DNA of 24,000 bases. Origin: an uncultured Psychrobacter sp. Its GTDB lineage: Bacteria; Pseudomonadota; Gammaproteobacteria; Pseudomonadales; Moraxellaceae. Made by a program: the position numbers and the translations under genes. Below the pieces are notes generated by a model. It did not search any database. It was not told the DNA's origin and saw nothing but the letters and a program-made list of their open reading frames with translations. The stretch spans positions 180,804 to 204,803 of the forward strand of contig CAUPWW010000005.1 in assembly GCA_963515535.1 (NCBI GenBank). The letters run 5' to 3'. Below, piece by piece: positions 15,446 to 22,200 of the stretch; the stretch's first letter is position 1; each line of letters starts with the position of its first letter.

Positions 15446-15556
15446 TGTGCCCGATTGTGGGCGGCAACTGGAACAACAGCACGAATGCTGGTGTCTGGAC
15501 GGTCAATTGCAACAATTCTCGGACGAACAGCAACAACAACATCGGTGTCCGGGCGG
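15446..15556 (+). repeat. DGR template repeat (TR)
   Basis: This is the non-coding copy of the VR. In the VR frame it carries 11 AAY codons. It contains 29 adenines, 11 of which are substituted in the VR. Confidence 0.9.
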
Positions 15557-15692
15557 ACTCGGCATCACCTAAATCGGCAAGCTGCCGACTGGTGCCAAGG
15601 GAGACGTTTTCCTGCTTTAAGCGAAATCGGTTTAAACCCGTCTTTCTAGTAGCGCACGCGAAAGTCAGACGGGTTCTTTTTTAAGGATTGTT
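15557..15692 (+). ncRNA. DGR spacer (Sp) portion of the TR-containing RNA
   Basis: A 136-nt untranslated gap lies between the TR and the RT ATG. It contains hairpin tcggca-agc-tgccga (15573-15587) and a long stem aacccgtctttc / gaaag(tc)agacgggtt (15635-15675) followed by T6. Confidence 0.55.
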
Positions 15693-16760
15693 ATGAAAAG
15701 GGTTGGTAATTTATACGAATCCGTAGTCTCAGCCGAATCATTATGGGACGGCTATTTGGGCGCAAAGAAAAGCAAAGGTGGTCGACGTGGGTGTTTTCAG
15801 TTTGAAAAAAGCCTAGGCCGCGAGCTAAACGAATTACAAGAAGAGTTGGCAAACAACTCCTATAAGCCAAGACCCTATTTTAGATTTGTAGTACATGAGC
15901 CAAAAAAGAGGGAGATATATGCCCCAGCATTTAGAGATTGTGTTGTGCAATATGCAATCTATTTAAGAGTTATGCCAATATTTGATAAAACCTTTATAGA
16001 CCAGTCATTTGCTTGCCGTGTTGGGCTTGGCACACACAAGGCTGCCGACTATACGCAAGACGCGCTCAGAAGAGCCGGCCCCAATACCTACACGCTACAA
16101 TTAGACATAAAGAAGTTCTTTTACAGCATAGACAGACCGACTCTTAGAAAATTGCTAGAGAAGAAGATTAAGGATCAGCGCTTGGTCGATTTGATGATGT
16201 TGTTTGCGGACTATCCCGAACCCAAAGGCATCCCAATCGGGAATCTGTTGTCGCAAATGTTTGCGTTGATATACATGAATCCTGTAGACCACTACGCCAC
16301 TAGAGTGCTGAAGCCAGCAGCTGGGTATTGTCGTTACGTTGACGACTTCTTATTGTTTGGCTTGACCCGCGCGCAAGCACTGAAGTACAGAGAATTGCTG
16401 ACAGATTTTGTAGAAAATGAGCTCAAATTGACCCTATCACGATCAACGATAGCCAATACCAAACGCGGCGTTAACTTTTGTGGCTATAGAACCTGGCGCA
16501 GCGGCAGGTTTATTAGGAAGCACAGCTTATACAAGACTAGAAAAGCTGTAAGGGCCAATAAACTGGAATCTGTTATATCGCATCTTGCGCATGCCTCAAA
16601 AACCCATTCACTGCAACATCTACTAAATTATACGGAGCAACAAAACCATGGCTTATATTGTGAGCTACCAAAAATTTATCACCAAAGACACTACCAAGCA
16701 GTTGGACGCTCCGGAGGGATCAGTGGAGTTATGTACAATCGATGGGGTGACGTATGTTAG
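15693..16760 (+). CDS. DGR reverse transcriptase
   Basis: IPIGNLLSQMFALIYMN is the DGR-type (I/L)GxxxSQ motif, and YCRYVDDFLLFG is the YxDD box. RBS AAGGA at 15683-15687. Confidence 0.9.
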   Translation: MKRVGNLYESVVSAESLWDGYLGAKKSKGGRRGCFQFEKSLGRELNELQEELANNSYKPRPYFRFVVHEPKKREIYAPAFRDCVVQYAIYLRVMPIFDKTFIDQSFACRVGLGTHKAADYTQDALRRAGPNTYTLQLDIKKFFYSIDRPTLRKLLEKKIKDQRLVDLMMLFADYPEPKGIPIGNLLSQMFALIYMNPVDHYATRVLKPAAGYCRYVDDFLLFGLTRAQALKYRELLTDFVENELKLTLSRSTIANTKRGVNFCGYRTWRSGRFIRKHSLYKTRKAVRANKLESVISHLAHASKTHSLQHLLNYTEQQNHGLYCELPKIYHQRHYQAVGRSGGISGVMYNRWGDVC

Positions 16761-17046
16761 CGTGCCTGATGATGCGGACTTGCCCATCAATCAGCCGGAT
16801 GAAATTGTAGACACTGTGCAGCCAGTGGTAATGAATGACGATCTGCGAGAGCTGATTAAATCACAGTCAACGCATGTGCAGCTCATCGATGATCGCGTCA
16901 AAGCAAAGATTGCCGAACGCTACAGCATCACCGATGAGATTAAGCAATTACGCAGCGCACCTTCCGTCGAGTTCGACGAGTACGCAGAATATGCAGAATC
17001 ATGTCGCGCCTGGGGCCAAGAACAGAAATCAATGCTGGGGCTATAA
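16648..17046 (+). CDS. Hypothetical acidic protein (possible fibre assembly/chaperone-like)
   Basis: 132 aa of protein-like composition. GGAG lies 10 nt upstream. It overlaps the RT 3' end by 113 nt, and its stop is 1 nt before the L-like ATG. Confidence 0.5.
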   Translation: MAYIVSYQKFITKDTTKQLDAPEGSVELCTIDGVTYVSVPDDADLPINQPDEIVDTVQPVVMNDDLRELIKSQSTHVQLIDDRVKAKIAERYSITDEIKQLRSAPSVEFDEYAEYAESCRAWGQEQKSMLGL

Positions 17047-17047
17047 C

Positions 17048-17881
17048 ATGCTTTCATCTGACCTACAAAAGTTATCGGTTACAGGGCTTGTCACACTATA
17101 TGAATTAGATGCTACCAAGCAAGGCGGCGGCATATTGCGATGGCACGGCCATGTGAGTTTTGAAGACTGGCGCAAGTTATTTGAGTGGGCCGGCAGCACG
17201 GAAACACTAGCGGGAGACACCACAGTCTTGGCTGGTACAGATTATACGCAAAGTCCTACAGAGACTGATTTTTTTAGAAACATCGTTTGGCAAGGCCAAA
17301 AATACACTCCGGTCGCCATCCAAACTGATGGGTTGGAGATTCGCGGTGATGGCAGACCATCTGCGCCAACGCTTATTATTGGAAATAACATCGATGGTAT
17401 TAATGGCGCAGTCACGGCGTTGTGCGCCTTTTACGGCGACTTTGTTGGCGCAGAGCTCCGCGTTATCCATGTATTAGCAAAATATCTTGACGCAGCAAAC
17501 TTCGGCGCAGGTAATCCAACAGCTGATAGTCAGCAATATACTGACCAGTACTGGACCATCAATCAAAAGACCCACGAATCGCTAAGCGAGCAAGACAGCT
17601 CAGTGGCGTTTGAGTTATCAACGCCGCTCACCGCCCAGCGCAAGATGATACCTAGTCGCACGATTACTAAGTATTGCGACTGGGCGGTCAAAGGCAAATA
17701 TCGCGGCGAATCATGCGGCTACACAGGTACCGCTATGTTTACTGAGGATGGCACACCAACCGATAATCCCGCGCTCGATAAATGCGGTGGCTGTTTAAGT
17801 GATTGTAAGCTGCGTTTTGGCGAGCATGAGCCACTCTCGTTTGGTGGATTCCCAGCTGCATCGATGATAGGCCGACGATAA
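17048..17881 (+). CDS. L: Minor tail protein, lambda gpL-like
   Basis: VWQGQKYTPVAIQTDGLEIRGDG…APTLIIGN, YRGESCGYTG and DKCGGCLSDCKLRFG parallel lambda L, including its 4-Cys (Fe-S) cluster. The ATG at 17048 is used rather than the track's 16874. Confidence 0.9.
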   Translation: MLSSDLQKLSVTGLVTLYELDATKQGGGILRWHGHVSFEDWRKLFEWAGSTETLAGDTTVLAGTDYTQSPTETDFFRNIVWQGQKYTPVAIQTDGLEIRGDGRPSAPTLIIGNNIDGINGAVTALCAFYGDFVGAELRVIHVLAKYLDAANFGAGNPTADSQQYTDQYWTINQKTHESLSEQDSSVAFELSTPLTAQRKMIPSRTITKYCDWAVKGKYRGESCGYTGTAMFTEDGTPTDNPALDKCGGCLSDCKLRFGEHEPLSFGGFPAASMIGRR

Positions 17882-17890
17882 GGAACCCGT

Positions 17891-18640
17891 ATGTATATTT
17901 TAAAAGAAACACGCGAAGCAATACTCAATCACGCGGCAGCTTGTTATCCCAGGGAATCTTGCGGTGTGGTTGTTAATCGAATCTATATCGAATGCGAAAA
18001 TATTGCTGATAGCGACAATGAGTTTGTTATCAGTCCGCGCGATATCGTCGCCGCTGAGGCGTTCGGTAAAATAGAAGCGATTGTACATAGCCATCCTGAC
18101 GGCTCAACCAAGCCCAGTACGTTCGACCTTTTGCAGATGCCATTACACGGGCTGCCATGGGTGATTGCCAGCTATCCTGAAGTAGATATCAAAGTCCATA
18201 AGGCCAAACCATATACTGCGCCGTTAATTAACCGTGAATACATCCACGGCGTACTGGACTGCTTTAGTATCGTGCGAGATTACTATGCCCGTGAGCTGAA
18301 TATTGAGATTGATAACTTTGAGCGACTGGACCGCTGGTGGGAAAACGCCGCCAACGCGGATTTATATGTCGATAACTTTGCCTCACAAGGCTTTGTCCAA
18401 GTCGATAACTTGCAGCGCCACGATGTCATCTTGTGCCGCGTGCAACCAACCGCCCATGTCAATCACGCGCTTATCTATTTAGGGGGTGATGGTCAATTGC
18501 TATCTGAGAAATCAGAAACCGTTATTGGCGATCACTTAGTATTGCATCATCCATACCGCCGCCGCTCGCGCCGTGAGATTTACGGCAATGTCTGGCAAGA
18601 GCGCAGCGCGATCATCGTGCGCCACAAATCATTAATGTGA
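17891..18640 (+). CDS. K: Tail tip assembly protein, lambda gpK-like (MPN/JAMM plus NlpC/P60)
   Basis: JAMM motif HSHPDGSTKPSTFD. The NlpC/P60-type catalytic Cys context is GVLDCFSIVRDYY, with a downstream His in HALIYLG. Confidence 0.85.
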   Translation: MYILKETREAILNHAAACYPRESCGVVVNRIYIECENIADSDNEFVISPRDIVAAEAFGKIEAIVHSHPDGSTKPSTFDLLQMPLHGLPWVIASYPEVDIKVHKAKPYTAPLINREYIHGVLDCFSIVRDYYARELNIEIDNFERLDRWWENAANADLYVDNFASQGFVQVDNLQRHDVILCRVQPTAHVNHALIYLGGDGQLLSEKSETVIGDHLVLHHPYRRRSRREIYGNVWQERSAIIVRHKSLM

Positions 18641-18647
18641 GGTAATC

Positions 18648-19202
18648 ATGCTTCGACGCATCGAGCTACACGGCATCTTAGCCGAAAAATTTGGCAAGTC
18701 ATTTGAGTTTGATGTGGCGTCGCCCCGCGAAGCCTGCGAGGCACTGAGCTACGAAGTCGATGGATTTAGAAGGTTTATGATGACCGCCCACGAGAGCGGT
18801 CTTTTTTTCGCCGTATTTAATGATGATAACAACATTGGCGCTGATGAGGTTGAGATGAAAACGGGTGCAAAAGTCATTCGTATCGTACCCAAAATTACTG
18901 GTGCAGGCGGTGACGCGATGGGCTGGATTCAGGTTATTGCTGGTGTAGCACTAATTGGTTTTAGTGGCGGCAACCCAGCCATGATTGCGGCTGGCGGTGG
19001 TATGTTACTTGGCGGTGCCGCAACACTACTTATGCCTCGACCTACTATCACTCCGCAAGACCCGGACGGCAATAAACCCAGTTATGCATTTGGTGGCGCT
19101 GTCACTACTGTTGCTGAAGGCAATCCTGTCGCCGTTGGATATGGCCGCTTCCACTGGGGCGGTGCTGTTATTAGTATGATGATCGTCAATGAGGATACGT
19201 AA
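18648..19202 (+). CDS. I: Tail assembly protein, lambda gpI-like
   Basis: 184 aa with a Gly-rich hydrophobic C-terminal half. It lies between the K-like and J-like genes. Confidence 0.75.
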   Translation: MLRRIELHGILAEKFGKSFEFDVASPREACEALSYEVDGFRRFMMTAHESGLFFAVFNDDNNIGADEVEMKTGAKVIRIVPKITGAGGDAMGWIQVIAGVALIGFSGGNPAMIAAGGGMLLGGAATLLMPRPTITPQDPDGNKPSYAFGGAVTTVAEGNPVAVGYGRFHWGGAVISMMIVNEDT

Positions 19203-22200
19203 TGTCATTATTAGCAATTAAAGGCGCCAAAGCCGGCCAGGAAAAACCGCACCAGCCGTCTATTGCCAAAGACGATGTCGCCTCTATCAGTAAGGTTAAG
19301 ATTTTGTATGCGTTATCGGAAGGTGAAGTCAAAGGCTTGGTCGATGGCGCGGCCAGTATTATGCTGGACGGCACCCCACTATTGGATGCTGACGGCAATC
19401 CAAACTTTGAAAACGTCGAATGGGAAATCCGCCACGGTACGGTTGACCAAACGCACATTGCAGGGCTGCCAAGTCTCAGTAGTGAGATTGGTATTGGTAC
19501 GATACTTCGCAGCGGTACGCCATGGATTCGCACCATCACCAATACCCAATTATCTAGCGCCAACGTCAATGTATCTTGGTCACGCCTCAGCGACACGACT
19601 GATAAAAATGACATCATTGGTACCAAGGTTGATTATGCGATTGATGTCCAAACCGACGGCAATGGCTATGTAACAGTACTCGATACCAGCATCAAAGCCA
19701 AAACCTCGGGGCGCTATCAGCGCACGCACAATATCAAACTGCCAGAAGCACAGCAAGGTTGGCAAATTCGTGTGCGTAAAATCACTGCTGATGGCGACAA
19801 TGAGCGCAAGTTTAATCAGATGCAGATTGATAGCATCGCTGAGATTATCGATGCCAAACTACGTTATCCGCATACGGCCTTGCTGTATCTATCGTTTGAT
19901 GCGCGTGCGTTTAGCAATATCCCTAAAATGACGGTTGATATGTACGGCCGTTATCTTAAAGTACCTGTCAATTATGACCCTGTTAGCCGTACCAGCGCGG
20001 GCATTTGGACTGGTGAACTTAAAACAGACTATACCAACAACCCTGCGTGGGTGTATTACGACCTCATCACCAATGATCGCTATGGCCTTGGCGACCGCTT
20101 AAAGCCATTTATGATTAATAAATGGGCCATTGCTCATATCGCGCGTATCTGTGATGAGCCAGTCAGCGATGGTAAAGGCGGCACTGAGCCGCGCTTCACT
20201 TGTAATTTGTATTTGCAGGTCGATGAGCAAGCATACCAAGTGCTGCAACATATCGCCGCTATCTTTCGCGGCATGAGTTTTTGGAATGGCGCACAGATCA
20301 TTTTAGATGCAGATACCCCGCGCGATGTCGACTATGTCATCACCCGCGCAAACGTGGTTGACGGCGCCTTTATTAAAAGCGGCACCGCCATTGATGATCG
20401 TCATACGGTCGCGCAAGTAGCATGGTCAAACCCAGAAAACAACTATGAGACAGACTATGTAATGGTGCGCAATGAGCGTGCGATTGCAAAATACGGCATT
20501 AACCCACTTGAGATGCCAGTTGTCGGCTGTACCAGCGAGGGGCAAGCATACCGCGCAGGACTGGCGGCATTACTCTCTGAACAAAACCGCACGCAAACCG
20601 TCACATTTACGATGGGGCTGGATGGCTCACTACCGACCGTCGGTGACCGTGTTGATATTGCAGATATGATGTTCACTGGCGTTAATAACGGCGGGCGCAT
20701 ATCAGCAGTTAATGCAAACCGTACCGTCATTACTATTGATCGTGATGACGTCCCTGCAACCACTGGCGACAGATTAAGCGTTAACTTAGAGTCTGGCCGC
20801 GCTCAAACGCGTGAAATCTTAAGCGTATCTGGACGCAATATCACAGTAAAAACACCATTTGACCCAGTTGCCGCAGAAAATGTCTGGGCAGTTGATAGCG
20901 ATGAGCTACCAACCATGTCATTTATCGTGCTATCAATCACAGAAAACGAGGATAGAACGCAATACACGTACACCGCACTGCAATATGACGCGGGGCTCTA
21001 TGCGCAAATCGATAATGGCACCATTATTGAGCCGCGCCCACCAGCACCGCCGTTTAATCCGTATATCATCCAAGCACCGGATAGTGTCACGGTGTCATCA
21101 CGTAACCGCGTAGTACAAGCACAAAACGTCACCACATTCGTTATCGTGTGGAGCCAAGTTAAAGATGCGGTCGCATACGACGTTGAATGGCGTAAAGATG
21201 ATGGCGACTGGATTAAGCTGCCACGCACGGGCAATATTTCAGCTGAAATAGACGGCGTTTACAGTGGTAATTATCTGGCGCGTGTTCGCGCTGTATCAGC
21301 ATTTGATGCCATCTCAAAACCGACAACATCAATGCTCACTGCCATTACTGGTAAAGCAGGCAAACCACCAAAACTTCTATCAATTAAAGCAACTGGCTTG
21401 CTCTTTGGTATGCGCATTGATTGGATGTTTGCACCAGGCAGTGACGACACGGCTTATACAGAGATACAAGTCGCCTCTGCACCTGATGTTAATGTCGCAA
21501 CCCTGGGTCAGTTTGCATACAGTACCGATACTCACACGATTAACGGACTGCAAGGCGGATTGACACAGCACTATCGTGGTCGCATCGTCGATAAGCTTGG
21601 CAACACCAGCGACTGGACGACTTGGGTTAGCGCGACAACAGACCAAAGTGCTGACAAAGTGCTGGACTTAATCCAAGGTCAGATAACCGGTAGTAGCCTC
21701 GATCAAGCCCTAACTAGCCAGATTGATAAAATTGCAGTCAATGAAACTGCAATTATTGCCGCCAACAAAGCCATCGCTGCAGAAACGCAAGCTCGCATTG
21801 ATGCAATACTAGCAGCTAATGACGCTATCACTGCTGAGCGCGACGCGCGTATCGCCGATGTTTTAGATGCAAATAACAAAATTACCGCAGAGCAGCAAGC
21901 GCGGACCGCAGGTTTATTGGCTGCTAATGAGGGCATCTCAACAGAAGTAACACAGCGTAAAGACGCAGATACCGCTATCAATAGCCGCGTTGATACTCTC
22001 GTTAGCAAGACTGATGGCAATACAGCAGCTATTAGCAGTGAAGTAACCGCTCGCACCAATGCAGACACCGCACTATCAAGCCGCATCGATACTGTGGTGG
22101 CTCAAAGCGACGGTAATACGGCCGCTATTAGTAGTGAAGTGACCGCCAGAACCAATGCTGATAGCGCACTCTCTACTCGTATCGATACGGTTACCGCTGA

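Noticed and set aside
14688-15649. Alternate-frame ORFs 14688..15011 and 15455..15649, which share …WAATGTTARMLVSGRSIAT…
   Set aside because: Their similarity is just the VR/TR nucleotide repeat read in a wrong frame. The first lies wholly inside the target gene, and neither has start-site support.
15418-15684. Track ORF of 88 aa (MLQKGRRLNMCPIVGGNWNNSTNAGVWTVNCNNSRTNSNNNIGVRADS…)
   Set aside because: This is the DGR template repeat plus spacer read as protein. It mirrors the VR-encoded C-terminus of the target gene, has no domain upstream of the repeat, and runs through the spacer hairpins. I treat it as non-coding TR RNA.
13527-15695. Near-identical translation-initiation contexts TTAAGGATTGgTATG (target gene) and TTAAGGATTG-TATG (RT gene)
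   Set aside because: The shared stretch is only ~14 nt and largely consists of a Shine-Dalgarno sequence plus ATG. This could easily be chance, and it is too short to support a repeat or boundary claim.
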